Assembly: GCA_965222065.1 (NCBI GenBank)
Contig: OZ244933.1
Location: 1,912,538 to 1,976,537, forward strand
From: Pseudomonadales bacterium
GTDB lineage: Bacteria; Pseudomonadota; Gammaproteobacteria; Pseudomonadales; GM7GCV1
Length of the DNA stretch: 64,000 nt
Direction: 5' to 3'
Shown here: positions 38,467 to 48,589 of the stretch, one piece after another
How the letters are laid out: each line of letters begins with the position of its first letter
How positions within the stretch are numbered: the first letter of the stretch is position 1
Made by a program: the position numbers and the translations under genes
Notes under the pieces: model-generated
Told to the model about the DNA's origin: nothing
Database searches by the model: none
Seen by the model: the letters and a program-made list of their open reading frames with translations, nothing else

Positions 38467-39237
38467 ATGCCAACTCTGGTTATTCAGTCTCACAAGGAAC
38501 CTCTGCCCTATGAATGGTTGGCAGTATGCCTGCAATCCGTTCGTAATTGGAGTGCCGAAAACAACTTCGAGTACCGCTTTCTGGATGATGCATTATTCGA
38601 TTGGGTGCCAGAAAATATCCGGACGCGGTTTAACCAGCGAAATGTGGTGCTCTCTGATCTGGCCAGGCTTAAAGTCATTCAGGCATGCCTTGCGGAAGGT
38701 TATGAGCGGGTCGTTTGGCTCGATGCAGATACGCTGGTCTTTCGACCGGAGCAGTTTGTATTGCCGGTGTCTGGACAGTTGCCCGAGGGATACATGCTCG
38801 GAAGGGAGGTCTGGGTTCAGTCCCGGCCGGATAACCCCAACAAGCTGCAAGTCCATAAAAAAGTACAGAATGCATTTTTATTATTTGATCGCCGGAACCA
38901 CTTTCTTGATTTTTATGCGGATCAGGCCGAACGGATGCTATCTACCGCAGCGCTGAGCGTGCCCCCGCAATTTATTGGACCCAAACTGTTGACCGCATTG
39001 CACAATATTATCCGCTGCCCGGTGATGGAAACCGTGGGCATGTTGAGCCCGGAAGTGATTAGGGATCTGTTGTCAGAAGGCCGGCGGACATGCGCACTGA
39101 ACCTGTTTACCAAGCGATCAGATGCCCGTTTGGTGGCAGCTAATCTCTGCGGGTCTTCCATCGAATCAGGCGCTATATCCAATCAACAGATGGAGCAGGT
39201 TTGCGAGATTCTTGTGCAGCCATCTGTTTGTCTGTAG
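38467..39237 (+). CDS. Hypothetical protein, possible DXD-motif glycosyltransferase
   Basis: 256 aa. 'SDLARLKVIQACLAEGYERVVWLDADTLVF' resembles the GT32-type 'sDxxRyxxL...GGxYxDxD' region. Otherwise unassigned. Confidence 0.35.
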   Translation: MPTLVIQSHKEPLPYEWLAVCLQSVRNWSAENNFEYRFLDDALFDWVPENIRTRFNQRNVVLSDLARLKVIQACLAEGYERVVWLDADTLVFRPEQFVLPVSGQLPEGYMLGREVWVQSRPDNPNKLQVHKKVQNAFLLFDRRNHFLDFYADQAERMLSTAALSVPPQFIGPKLLTALHNIIRCPVMETVGMLSPEVIRDLLSEGRRTCALNLFTKRSDARLVAANLCGSSIESGAISNQQMEQVCEILVQPSVCL

Positions 39238-41495
39238 AAATCCCTATACAATGTGCGGAAATTTCACATCCCCGACTGAACTTGTCAAAAACACAATCAT
39301 CTGAATCTGCTCGACTCATTGGCCCGGTAAGGGCGCTCAATGATGGATACGGATTTGTCGACATTGAGAATCATGATCGAATTTCCCTGGGCAAGCAGGA
39401 TATGCGCCGGGTGTTCCCCAACGATATCGTGGAAGTCCGCGTCGGTTCGACCGACCGGAAAGGTCGCTTGCAGGGCCGAATTGTCGATATCCTCGAGCGC
39501 AATACCCGTGAGCTGGTTGGGCGCTTCAATGATGAGCATGGCCTCTGCTATGTGAAACCCAACAATAGCCGTATTAGTCACGATATCCAGATCCCCAAAA
39601 AACATACTGCCGGGGCGAAATCCGGCCAGATAGTGGTGGCGGAAATTACTGAACAGCCCGGAGAATTTGCGCCGGCAATCGGACGGATTAAGGAAATCCT
39701 CGGTGAGGAGCTCTCGGCAGGCATGGAAATCCAGGTCGCGTTACGCGAGTTCGGCATTCCCCATGAGTGGCCAGAGTCTGTGGAGGATGAAGCCGATGCC
39801 CTGGGGGCAACCGTAAAACCGGCACACAAAAAACATCGGGTCGACCTGCGTAAACTGCCTTTTGTCACCATTGATGGTGAGGATGCCAGGGATTTTGACG
39901 ACGCGGTTTTTGTCGAGCGGGATGGCCTGGGCTGGAAGCTCTGGGTAGCGATTGCCGATGTTTCCCATTATGTAAAACCCGGGTCGGCACTGGACCAGGA
40001 AGCCCAGCAGAGGGCTACGTCGGTATATTTCCCGGATTATGTGGTGCCCATGCTGCCCGAGGTGCTGTCCAATGGCCTTTGCTCATTGAACCCGAACGTG
40101 GATCGCCTGGCGCTGGTTAGTGAAATCAAGATTGATAGCAAGGGCAACCTGGTCGATTTTCGATACTCGGAAGCAGTCATCCGTTCGCATGAGCGCTTGA
40201 CCTATACACGGGTAGCCAATGCACTGGAAGAAAGAAGCCAGGCGCAAACCCCGGAACGTGACAGCCTGGGCCCGTTGTGCCAGCAGATTGATGAATTGCA
40301 CGCTCTCTACAAGGTGCTTTTTCGGGCGAGACAGAAACGCGGTGCCATGGAGTTTGAAAGTGTCGAGGTGCGTTTCGAATTTAATGCGGATCGGAAAATT
40401 GAAAAAATTGTACCGATGGTGCGCAACGATGCACATAAACTCATTGAGGAGTGCATGCTCTGTGCCAATATCTGTGCTGCACAATTCCTGATCCGCAACA
40501 AGATTCCCGGCCTGTTCCGGGTACACCTGCCTCCGGCGAATGAGAAATTGGAAGCCTTGCGCAATTATTTGTCAGAGGCGGGCCTGTGGCTGGGAGGTGG
40601 CGAACAGCCGACGACCAGCGACTTCTACAAGCTTTCCGAAGCCATGGGCGACCGGGCGGACAAGCACCTGATCCAGATGCAGATACTGCGTAGCCAGCAG
40701 CAAGCGGTATACCAACCGGAAAACAAGGGACACTTTGGCCTGGCGTATGAAGCGTACGCGCACTCTACCTCGCCTATTCGGCGCTATCCGGATTTGCTGG
40801 TTCACCGGGCTATTCGGTCGGTGATTCGTTCAGGAAAGAAAGCATTCCATGTCCGCCGGGTCGAGGGAGCACCAGCCCTGCCTGCCAAAAAGAGCTACCC
40901 CTATGATCTGGAGTCGCTGGAAGCGTTGGGGCAAACCTGCTCCGCTTATGAACGACGCGCCGAAGATGCCACCCGTGATGTCGCCCAATGGCTCAAGTGT
41001 GAGTATCTTCAGAAGCACGTGGGTGATCGCTTTATGGGGGTCATTTCCACGGTGACCCAATTCGGTATCTTTGTCGAGCTGGCTGATCTTTACATTGAAG
41101 GGCTGGTGCACATTACCAACCTGCCCAATGACTATTACGAGTATGATTCCGCCAACCAGATATTGATTGGTGAAAGTACTAGGCGTACATTTAAAATTGG
41201 CGACAAGGCAATGGTCCAGGTTGCCAGGGTTGATCTTGATGAACGCAAGATAGATTTTGAGTTGACCAATTCCTCGGGAAACTCGGATCCAAAGGGAAAT
41301 AATGTTCAGGAATCGGGGAGCGGGTATTCCGGTCGCAAGAGCCGAGCGCTTTCCAATCGAACTCTTGAGAGCTCTTTGTCAGATGGAGCAAAGTCCAACA
41401 AAAAGCGTGGCCCCCGAAAAGATAAAAAAACACGCAAAGCCAGTATGAAAAAATCGGGAGCACGTCAAAGTAGAAAGAGTCGCAGGGGAAAATGA
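39201..41495 (+). CDS. rnr: Ribonuclease R (RNB family 3'-5' exoribonuclease with S1 domain and Lys-rich tail)
   Basis: Cold-shock-like 'NDGYGFVDIEN'. RNB motifs 'FVTIDGEDARDFDDAV', 'VAIADVSHYV', 'SVYFPDYVVPMLPE' and 'HFGLAYEAYAHSTSPIRRYPDLLVHR'. S1 domain 'GVISTVTQFGIFVEL' and a basic tail. No ATG at the 5' end (TTG at 39201 or 39282). Followed by rlmB. Confidence 0.9.
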   Translation: MRDSCAAICLSVEIPIQCAEISHPRLNLSKTQSSESARLIGPVRALNDGYGFVDIENHDRISLGKQDMRRVFPNDIVEVRVGSTDRKGRLQGRIVDILERNTRELVGRFNDEHGLCYVKPNNSRISHDIQIPKKHTAGAKSGQIVVAEITEQPGEFAPAIGRIKEILGEELSAGMEIQVALREFGIPHEWPESVEDEADALGATVKPAHKKHRVDLRKLPFVTIDGEDARDFDDAVFVERDGLGWKLWVAIADVSHYVKPGSALDQEAQQRATSVYFPDYVVPMLPEVLSNGLCSLNPNVDRLALVSEIKIDSKGNLVDFRYSEAVIRSHERLTYTRVANALEERSQAQTPERDSLGPLCQQIDELHALYKVLFRARQKRGAMEFESVEVRFEFNADRKIEKIVPMVRNDAHKLIEECMLCANICAAQFLIRNKIPGLFRVHLPPANEKLEALRNYLSEAGLWLGGGEQPTTSDFYKLSEAMGDRADKHLIQMQILRSQQQAVYQPENKGHFGLAYEAYAHSTSPIRRYPDLLVHRAIRSVIRSGKKAFHVRRVEGAPALPAKKSYPYDLESLEALGQTCSAYERRAEDATRDVAQWLKCEYLQKHVGDRFMGVISTVTQFGIFVELADLYIEGLVHITNLPNDYYEYDSANQILIGESTRRTFKIGDKAMVQVARVDLDERKIDFELTNSSGNSDPKGNNVQESGSGYSGRKSRALSNRTLESSLSDGAKSNKKRGPRKDKKTRKASMKKSGARQSRKSRRGK

Positions 41496-42256
41496 CATTA
41501 GACGTAGCAACCGATTTGATTATTGGTTTTCATGCTGTCCAGGCCTTGTTAAAAACCAGGCCGGAACGAGCGCACGAGCTGATGGTTGCCGAGGGGCGTA
41601 ACGATCAGCGTCTGTTAAAAACCATCAGTCTTGCCCAGCGCAACAATGTTCCCATTGTTCGCCTGCCTTCCAGTGAACTGGATGCCTACGCCCATCATGA
41701 ACGTCACCAGGGCTGCATCCTGAAAGCAGACAAGGGCAAAATGTACGACGAGAAGTGGGTGGTCGATTTTCTCACAAGTCTTGATTACGCCCCTTTGGTG
41801 CTGGTGCTGGATGGCATTACCGATCCGCATAATCTGGGCGCCTGCCTTCGTAGTGCCGACGCCGCTGGTGTCGATGCAGTGATCGCGCCGCGCGATAAAT
41901 CAGCCGGGCTGACACCCATTGCCCGTAAAGTCGCCTGCGGTGCAGCTGAAACTGTGCCATTTGTTTTAGTTACCAATCTCAGTCGCATACTTAAAAAGCT
42001 GCAGAAAAATGGCTTTTGGATTTGCGGTGCGGCCGGTGAAGCTGAACAGACGATGTGTGATATTGACCTGACGGCACCGATTGCCCTGGTCATGGGCAGC
42101 GAAGACCGGGGACTGCGCCGGTTAACTCGCGAATCCTGTGACCACCTGATCCGGATTCCAATGCAGGGCACGGTAGAAAGCCTGAATGTCTCTGTGGCCA
42201 CCGGCATCATGCTCTTCGAAGCGTTGCGTCAGCGAAGCGGTAGTCCCTGCCTCTGA
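41492..42256 (+). CDS. rlmB: 23S rRNA (guanosine-2'-O)-methyltransferase, SpoU/TrmH family
   Basis: 254 aa. 'LVLDGITDPHNLGACLRSADAAGV' and 'IPMQGTVESLNVSVATGIMLFE'. ATGA overlap with rnr, the conserved rnr-rlmB synteny. Confidence 0.88.
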   Translation: MTLDVATDLIIGFHAVQALLKTRPERAHELMVAEGRNDQRLLKTISLAQRNNVPIVRLPSSELDAYAHHERHQGCILKADKGKMYDEKWVVDFLTSLDYAPLVLVLDGITDPHNLGACLRSADAAGVDAVIAPRDKSAGLTPIARKVACGAAETVPFVLVTNLSRILKKLQKNGFWICGAAGEAEQTMCDIDLTAPIALVMGSEDRGLRRLTRESCDHLIRIPMQGTVESLNVSVATGIMLFEALRQRSGSPCL

Positions 42257-42408
42257 CGTTCGCCACGCTTATTTAAGTCTTGCAAAAGGCGCGCCGAACG
42301 CCTAGAATCGCGCGCCCCTGAGATCGGGACTCAACCCCCGATCCCAGCTCCTTGCCTCACCGCGCCCAAAGGGTTGATGGGAGGCTGTTTAATCCACGAG
42401 GAGAAACA

Positions 42409-42900
42409 ATGAGACATTACGAAATCGTGTTCATGGTCCACCCGGACCAGAGCGAGCAAGTGCCGGCTATGATCGAGCGCTACAGCAAGGCCATCACCGA
42501 CGACAAGGGTACTGTACACCGTGTCGAAGACTGGGGTCGCCGCCAGCTTGCTTACCCAATCCAGAAAATTCACAAGGCGCACTACGTCATGCTGAACGTA
42601 GAGTGCACCAAGGGTGCTCTGGAAGAATTAACCACCAACTTCCGATACAACGACGCGGTTTTGCGCAATCTGGTTATTGCCCGTGAAAAGGCCGAGCTTG
42701 AGGAATCCCTCATCATGAAAGCCGAGCGCGAAGAAAAAGAGCGTGATTCAGCCCGGGCCGCCGCTGCCGAAGCACGAGCTGCTTCTGATCAGGCCGCCGC
42801 AGCAACGGAAGACAACAGTGATAATGACGAGGCTGATGAAGCCGAGGAAGCAAACGAAGAGCAGGCTTCCGAAGAAACTGCAGATGAGGAGGACAAGTAA
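42409..42900 (+). CDS. rpsF: 30S ribosomal protein S6 with long acidic C-terminal tail
   Basis: Start set at '[18 protein letters not shown]' (ATG 42409, with RBS GAGGAG upstream). The track ORF start at 42352 is upstream of the conserved N-terminus. Confidence 0.93.
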   Translation: MRHYEIVFMVHPDQSEQVPAMIERYSKAITDDKGTVHRVEDWGRRQLAYPIQKIHKAHYVMLNVECTKGALEELTTNFRYNDAVLRNLVIAREKAELEESLIMKAEREEKERDSARAAAAEARAASDQAAAATEDNSDNDEADEAEEANEEQASEETADEEDK

Positions 42901-43127
42901 TGGCCAGATTTTCACGTCGCCGCAAATTCTGCCGCTTCACAGCTGAAGGCGTAGAAAGTATTGATTACAAAGATCTCGATACGTTGAAGCAATACATTGG
43001 TGAGAACGGCAAGATCGTTCCCAGCCGCATCACCGGTACCAAGGCACGTTACCAGCGTCAGTTGGCCACAGCGATTAAACGCGCGCGCTACCTGGCACTG
43101 CTGCCTTACACCGACAACCACAAATAA
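42900..43127 (+). CDS. rpsR: 30S ribosomal protein S18
   Basis: 75 aa. '[28 protein letters not shown]...[11 protein letters not shown]'. TAATG overlap with rpsF. Confidence 0.95.
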   Translation: MARFSRRRKFCRFTAEGVESIDYKDLDTLKQYIGENGKIVPSRITGTKARYQRQLATAIKRARYLALLPYTDNHK

Positions 43128-43140
43128 TTGGAGTTGTAGG

Positions 43141-43590
43141 ATGCAAGTAATTCTTTTGGAAAAAATTGGTCGCCTGGGCAATATCGGCGACCAGGTCGAT
43201 GTTAAATCCGGTTATGGCCGCAACTTCCTAGTGCCCCAGGGAAAAGCAGTTCCTGCTACACCTGAGAACATTGCCATGTTTGAAGAGCGCCGAGCCGAGC
43301 TGGAAGCAGCATCTGCTGAAAAACTGACCGCTGCTGAAGGCCGTGCAAAGCTTATTGAGCAAATTGGTGAGATCAGTATCGTTGCCAATGCCAGTGAAGA
43401 GGGCAAGCTTTTTGGTTCTGTCGGTACGCGTGAAATCGCCGATGCAGTGACCGCCGCAGGCCAGGAAATAGAAAAGGCCGAAGTGCTCCTTCCTGAAGGG
43501 GTAATTCGCGAGGTCGGCGAGTACCAGATTGATCTCCAATTGCACTCTGATGTGACCACGACGATCAAGTTGGTGGTAACTGCCGAGTAA
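43141..43590 (+). CDS. rplI: 50S ribosomal protein L9
   Basis: Start at '[37 protein letters not shown]' (ATG 43141). The track start at 42997 is spurious. Confidence 0.95.
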   Translation: MQVILLEKIGRLGNIGDQVDVKSGYGRNFLVPQGKAVPATPENIAMFEERRAELEAASAEKLTAAEGRAKLIEQIGEISIVANASEEGKLFGSVGTREIADAVTAAGQEIEKAEVLLPEGVIREVGEYQIDLQLHSDVTTTIKLVVTAE

Positions 43591-43627
43591 ATTTATGGCG
43601 ATCAGCAGGTTTTACCTGCTTGATAGA

Positions 43628-43666
43628 AACCGGAATGGCCTTCGTGGTGATTCCGGTTTTTTTTTA
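43628..43666 (+). terminator. Rho-independent terminator after rplI
   Basis: AACCGGAAT-(13 nt loop)-ATTCCGGTT followed by a run of T residues. Confidence 0.8.
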
Positions 43667-43742
43667 TTGGTACGAAAGGCTAGAATAGTCTCGCTATGGC
43701 TTGGGGGAATTCCCGGGCCCAGGTCAAAGGCGGAATGTTTGC

Positions 43743-44444
43743 ATGACTTCTGAAGTTCGCGTCCGGACGCGTGTAAGACCCAAAAACGGGCGCAAGTTTA
43801 TTCTGGTGGCCAACTCCAAGGGCGGAAGTGGTAAAAGTACCCTGGCGACCAATCTGGCAGCAGCCTATGCAAGGCTGGGATTTGATACCTCGCTGGTTGA
43901 CTGTGACCAGCAGCGTTCATCAATGGCCTGGATGGAAATGCGACCGCCCATTGCCCCGCCGATTACCGCCGTTAGCGGTTGTGCCGAGGTCGGGGTCCCC
44001 CAGCTGGACTGGGCGTTGCGGGTTTCACCTGATACCAGTCGTGTTATTGTTGACAGTCCCGGAGCAATGCGTGATCAGCGCCTGTACGATACCCTGCAAA
44101 AGGTCGATTATATTCTGGTGCCTGTATTACCCTCAGCAGTCGATATCCGGGCGACTACCGAGTTTTTGAAGGAAGTTTATATTTCGCCGGGCTTCCGGAC
44201 ATCAAACAAGCGACTTTTTGTGATTGGCAATCGAGTGGACAAGCGCAACAAATATTTTCATCAGCTGAGCCGGTTTCTTAAGCGTATGGGTTCCCACGAA
44301 GTGATGACCTTGCCAGACTCCTATGTGTTTTTGCGATGTGCCGACGAAGGTATTGGTGTTGCCGATCTGCATGATTCGCCCCGTTACGAAGAACCACGTA
44401 CAGCCATGCTTAAGATTATTAACGCGATCGAAACCAGGATATGA
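43743..44444 (+). CDS. ParA/MinD-family P-loop ATPase (orphan, no parB/parS seen)
   Basis: Deviant Walker A 'ANSKGGSGKSTLATNLA', 'VIVDSPG' and 'VIGNRVDKRN'. ATG at 43743 preferred over the TTG at 43701. Stop overlaps the dnaB start (ATGA). Confidence 0.8.
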   Translation: MTSEVRVRTRVRPKNGRKFILVANSKGGSGKSTLATNLAAAYARLGFDTSLVDCDQQRSSMAWMEMRPPIAPPITAVSGCAEVGVPQLDWALRVSPDTSRVIVDSPGAMRDQRLYDTLQKVDYILVPVLPSAVDIRATTEFLKEVYISPGFRTSNKRLFVIGNRVDKRNKYFHQLSRFLKRMGSHEVMTLPDSYVFLRCADEGIGVADLHDSPRYEEPRTAMLKIINAIETRI

Positions 44445-45844
44445 CTGAAAACGTCGTCAATATCTCGGACTCCGAGCCATCTCCCCGTCGTGGCTCAGGC
44501 CCCCTGCCGCATTCGATAGAAGCCGAGGCCGCCGTGATTGGTGGACTTATGCTGGCCGGTGACAAAGCCTACGACACCATTGCCAGTCTGGTGCAAAAAG
44601 AAGATTTCTATGATGCCCGGCACCAGCAAATTTTTGATTCGCTTGGCCGCCTGGCTGAAGAGCAGCAACCCTTCGATCCCATTACCATCTGCGATGAGCT
44701 CAACAGCCGTAAACAGCTAAATAAGGCCGGGGGAGCCAATTACGTCTCTGAACTGGCAGCGAACACCCCAAGCGCGGCAAATATCGAGGCCTATGCGCGT
44801 ATTGTTAGTGAACAGGCCACGCTTAGAAAACTGATAGGCGCGGCCAGTGACATTATCAGCCTTAGCCGAAATCCCGACGGGGCTTCGGCAGATTCCCTGT
44901 TATCTTCAGCGGAACAGAGCTTTCTGGAGATTTCGGAAGGCCGGCCGCGTGATAATGGATTTATCAATGTCGACAGTCTGCTCAAGGGAGCGATTGATCG
45001 AATTGAGGAGCTTTACGAGTCGGGCAATACCATCACCGGCATTACCACTGGCTTTACCGACCTTGATGAAAAAACTTCGGGCTGGCAGCGAGCCGACCTG
45101 GTTGTGATCGCTGCCCGTCCCTCCATGGGTAAAACCGCCCTGGCACTGAACATGGTGGAGTCAGCGTTGTTTTCATCCGACAAGCCGGTACTGGTTTTTA
45201 GCCTGGAAATGCCTGCAGATGCCCTGGTGATGCGCTTGCTCGCGTCCATCGGCAAGATACAGCTCAAGCATATCCGCGACGGCAACCTCACCGGAGATGA
45301 TTGGGACAAGCTCGCCAAGGCTGCGGCCAAGCTCAAGGGCAGGAAACTGTTTATCGATGATACGCCCGGGTTAACGCCTACAGACGTGCGTGCTCGTGTG
45401 CGCCGGCTGACTAGAGAGCAGGGCACTAATCCCGCCATGGTGATGCTCGATTATCTCCAGTTAATGACCACGGCGAGCCCAACAGAAGGCCGGGTCCAGG
45501 AAATCTCGGAAATTTCCCGCTCCATGAAACAGGTGGCCCGGGAATTTGACTGCCCGCTGTTGGCGCTATCACAGCTCAACCGGGGAGTGGAGCAACGTCC
45601 CAACAAGCGGCCAATGAATTCTGACCTTCGGGAATCCGGGGCCATCGAGCAGGACGCCGACGTCATCGTATTTATCTATCGCGATGAATACTACAACGAA
45701 GACAGTCAGGACAAAGGCATCGCTGAAATCATTATTGGTAAACAGCGTAACGGTGAAATAGGCACCGTGCGTTTGCAGTTCCAGGGTGAATACACCCGCT
45801 TTAATAATCTGGCGCCGGAATTCCGGGCACCGGAACACGACTAA
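44441..45844 (+). CDS. dnaB: Replicative DNA helicase
   Basis: 467 aa. 'PHSIEAEAAVIGGLM', Walker A 'ARPSMGKTALALN', 'LSQLNRGVEQRPNKRPMNSDLRESGAIEQDAD' and 'IIIGKQRNG'. Confidence 0.95.
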   Translation: MTENVVNISDSEPSPRRGSGPLPHSIEAEAAVIGGLMLAGDKAYDTIASLVQKEDFYDARHQQIFDSLGRLAEEQQPFDPITICDELNSRKQLNKAGGANYVSELAANTPSAANIEAYARIVSEQATLRKLIGAASDIISLSRNPDGASADSLLSSAEQSFLEISEGRPRDNGFINVDSLLKGAIDRIEELYESGNTITGITTGFTDLDEKTSGWQRADLVVIAARPSMGKTALALNMVESALFSSDKPVLVFSLEMPADALVMRLLASIGKIQLKHIRDGNLTGDDWDKLAKAAAKLKGRKLFIDDTPGLTPTDVRARVRRLTREQGTNPAMVMLDYLQLMTTASPTEGRVQEISEISRSMKQVAREFDCPLLALSQLNRGVEQRPNKRPMNSDLRESGAIEQDADVIVFIYRDEYYNEDSQDKGIAEIIIGKQRNGEIGTVRLQFQGEYTRFNNLAPEFRAPEHD

Positions 45845-45863
45845 CCCGCTAAATACTCCCGCT

Positions 45864-46724
45864 ATGGCCCTTCAGGTAATCCGAGGCATCAGCCAGCTTC
45901 GCTCTGTACTAAATAAACATCGTTTTCAGGGGGAAAGCGTTGCCCTGGTTCCGACGATGGGCAACCTGCATGAAGGTCACATGGCCCTGATTCGCGAGGC
46001 GCACAATCACGGCGAGGTGGTGGTTGCCAGCATATTTGTCAACCCGCTCCAGTTTGGATTGAATGAAGACTGGGATCAGTATCCCCGTACCTTTGAGTCC
46101 GATGTGGCCAAGCTGAACGAGGAGCGCTGTCACTACCTGTTTTTTCCCACAGACGAGGAAATGTACCCCAACGGCATGGAGAGCCAGACCCGCGTATTCT
46201 GTCCCACCATGACCGATGTCCTGTGCGGAGCCACACGCCCCGGCCATTTCGAGGGAGTCACCACCGTCGTAACCAAACTGTTCCATATCGTCGATCCTGA
46301 CGTCGCCATCTTTGGAGAAAAAGACTGGCAGCAGCTCGCCGTCATCCGCCGGATGGTGGCAGACCTCTGTATGCGGGTCAAAATCATTGGCGCACCCATC
46401 GCCCGCGATCATGACGGCCTGGCCCTGAGCTCAAGAAATGCATTTATTACGCCGCAAGAACGACCCAAAGCCAACCAGTTAAACAAGTCGCTGGAGTGGG
46501 CCAAATCCAAAATCCTCGACGGAGAGCGGGATTACGGACAGCTGGAAGCGCAGGCCAAACAACAGATCCTTGACGCCGGTTTCCGACCCGATTATTTTTC
46601 TGTGTGCAATGCACAAAATTTAACGCCAGCGCTGGACGAGGACACTGATTTGGCTATACTGGGCGCCCTTTTTACCGAGGGCGCGCGTCTTATCGACAAC
46701 GTCCGTTTGAAAATATCAAGGTAA
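45864..46724 (+). CDS. panC: Pantoate--beta-alanine ligase
   Basis: Start at 'MALQVIRGI' (ATG 45864). '[16 protein letters not shown]', '[11 protein letters not shown]' and 'GEKDWQQL'. Confidence 0.93.
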   Translation: MALQVIRGISQLRSVLNKHRFQGESVALVPTMGNLHEGHMALIREAHNHGEVVVASIFVNPLQFGLNEDWDQYPRTFESDVAKLNEERCHYLFFPTDEEMYPNGMESQTRVFCPTMTDVLCGATRPGHFEGVTTVVTKLFHIVDPDVAIFGEKDWQQLAVIRRMVADLCMRVKIIGAPIARDHDGLALSSRNAFITPQERPKANQLNKSLEWAKSKILDGERDYGQLEAQAKQQILDAGFRPDYFSVCNAQNLTPALDEDTDLAILGALFTEGARLIDNVRLKISR

Positions 46725-46737
46725 GTACTTACTGACC

Positions 46738-47118
46738 ATGTTAACCAATATGCTCAAGGCAAAACTTCATCTCGCAGCGGTTACCCAGGCCGAACTGCAC
46801 TACGATGGTTCCTGCGCCATCGATGAAGATCTCATCGAAGCCGCCGGACTGCGCGAGTTCGAAGCCATTGATATTTACAATGTAAATAATGGTGAGCGAT
46901 TTACCACCTACATTATTAAAGGCCAACGTGGCTCCAGAATGATCTCCATGAACGGTGCCGCTGCGCGCAAAGTGCAAGTAGGTGATCGAGTCATCATCGC
47001 CGCCTATGGCCAATACAGTGAAGAAGAGCTGAAAAGCTTTAAGCCAAAGCTGGTTTATCTGGACGAAGGTAACAATATTGTCCGGACCAATAAGTCCATC
47101 CCCGTCCAGGCCGTTTAA
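46738..47118 (+). CDS. panD: Aspartate 1-decarboxylase
   Basis: 126 aa. '[28 protein letters not shown]' contains the self-processing Gly-Ser site. 'NGERFTTY' and 'NGAAAR'. Confidence 0.95.
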   Translation: MLTNMLKAKLHLAAVTQAELHYDGSCAIDEDLIEAAGLREFEAIDIYNVNNGERFTTYIIKGQRGSRMISMNGAAARKVQVGDRVIIAAYGQYSEEELKSFKPKLVYLDEGNNIVRTNKSIPVQAV

Positions 47119-47164
47119 AGCAACTGCGCTCGGCTGGGCTGCGTTAAAAGACTCACTCAAACTC

Positions 47165-47302
47165 CTCATTTACGTCTTGTAAACTCCGGGTTTTCTTTCG
47201 GCTTTTGCCTTGCCCAGCCTTTGCTCGTGATGCTTTAAATATGTTGATCTTAAATCGGGTTCTCGAACACCAATTTGCCTTGTACTGCCTTCACTCATTA
47301 CG
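47165..47302 (+). repeat. Noncoding ~137-bp repeat, copy 1
   Basis: Aligns with 47343-47481 at a 178-bp offset. The first ~95 nt differ at 3 positions; the last ~40 nt are more diverged. No ORF on either strand. Confidence 0.85.
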
Positions 47303-47342
47303 TTCTAGAAATGTAAATTAACTGAGTGTTGTTTTTAAGCTC

Positions 47343-47481
47343 CATATTTACGTCTTGTAAACTCCGGGTTTTCTTTCGGCTTTTGCCTTGCCCGGCCTTT
47401 GCTCTTGATGCCTTAAATATGTTGATCTTAAATCGGATTCGCGCTCGCCAATTTTTCCTCGTCTTGCCTGCACTCATAACG
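47343..47481 (+). repeat. Noncoding ~137-bp repeat, copy 2
   Basis: Same as copy 1. Both contain CGGCTTTTGCCTTGCC, with GG and GC spaced as in sigma-54 promoters. Confidence 0.85.
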
Positions 47482-47602
47482 CGTCAAACTTGGTGAGAGA
47501 GTAAGACTTATCCGAACGCCAAATTTGCGTTTTCAGGGTTGCACGCTGATTAAGCTGCGGGCTTAATGTGTATACAACTTTCCCTTACAAATCCAACGAT
47601 AA

Positions 47603-48487
47603 ATGAGCCTGATCGACAGTTTTATTGCCAAACACCATTTGCCCGAGAGTTTCCGTGAGGTTGCAGAACGCTTTTATTTGCCCCTTTGCCATCAGGTAAA
47701 AGAATGGCGGACGGATCAGCAAAGCCAGACGGATGATGGGCCGCTGGTGCTGGGAATTAACGGTGCCCAGGGCACGGGAAAATCGACCCTGGCGGATTTT
47801 ATTGCCGACGTTCTTACACAAGAGGACGGGGCCGAAGTGGCGGTATTGTCGATAGATGATTTTTACCTGACGAAAGAAGACCGTAATCGACTGGCGAAAG
47901 ATATACACCCTCTGCTGGCAACACGCGGGGTTCCCGGAACCCATGATTTACCCCTGGCGTTTAACACCATGAATGCCCTGAAGGCAGGTGAGTCAGGGGT
48001 ATCGCTCCCGCGATTTGCCAAGTCGGTAGATGACCGCGCCCCTGAGGATATCTGGCCAATGACAGAGGGCCCGGTCGACCTGATTATTCTGGAGGGCTGG
48101 TGTGTAGGCTCCATCCCGGAAGCCGAGGAGTCCCTGGAAGAGCCAATCAATGAACTGGAATCAGAAGAGGACCAGGCAGCCTACTGGCGTACTTATGTGA
48201 ACGATTGTCTCAAGGGCGAATACCAGGTGCTCTACGGAATGCTCGATAGGCTGATTATGCTCAAGGCGCCCAATTTTGAATCAGTGTTTAACTGGCGGCT
48301 GGAGCAGGAGCAAAAGCTTCGGGCCAAAGTGGGTCACGATGCTGAAGGCATTATGAACGAAGAGCAGATAGCCCGCTTTATCCAGCATTATGAACGGCTG
48401 ACTCGACATAACCTGGAAGTCTTGCCTGACGTGGCAGACAAGGTATTGCATCTAAAGCCTGATCACAGCATTAGAGATGATAATTAG
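47603..48487 (+). CDS. P-loop kinase (glycerate 3-kinase/uridine-kinase-like family)
   Basis: 294 aa. Walker A 'GINGAQGTGKSTLADFI', 'LSIDDFYLT', 'RGVPGTHD' and 'LIILEGWCVG' resemble the GLYK/TDA10-type kinases. Substrate not determinable. Confidence 0.55.
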   Translation: MSLIDSFIAKHHLPESFREVAERFYLPLCHQVKEWRTDQQSQTDDGPLVLGINGAQGTGKSTLADFIADVLTQEDGAEVAVLSIDDFYLTKEDRNRLAKDIHPLLATRGVPGTHDLPLAFNTMNALKAGESGVSLPRFAKSVDDRAPEDIWPMTEGPVDLIILEGWCVGSIPEAEESLEEPINELESEEDQAAYWRTYVNDCLKGEYQVLYGMLDRLIMLKAPNFESVFNWRLEQEQKLRAKVGHDAEGIMNEEQIARFIQHYERLTRHNLEVLPDVADKVLHLKPDHSIRDDN

Positions 48488-48589
48488 CTGTTTTTTTCTG
48501 CAAACAGGGCTTTTTTGACAATAAGTTACGAGCGGGCGTAATCTCGCCCGTCAGATTTTCTATCAATCGGGGATGAGAAGAAAAAAGAC

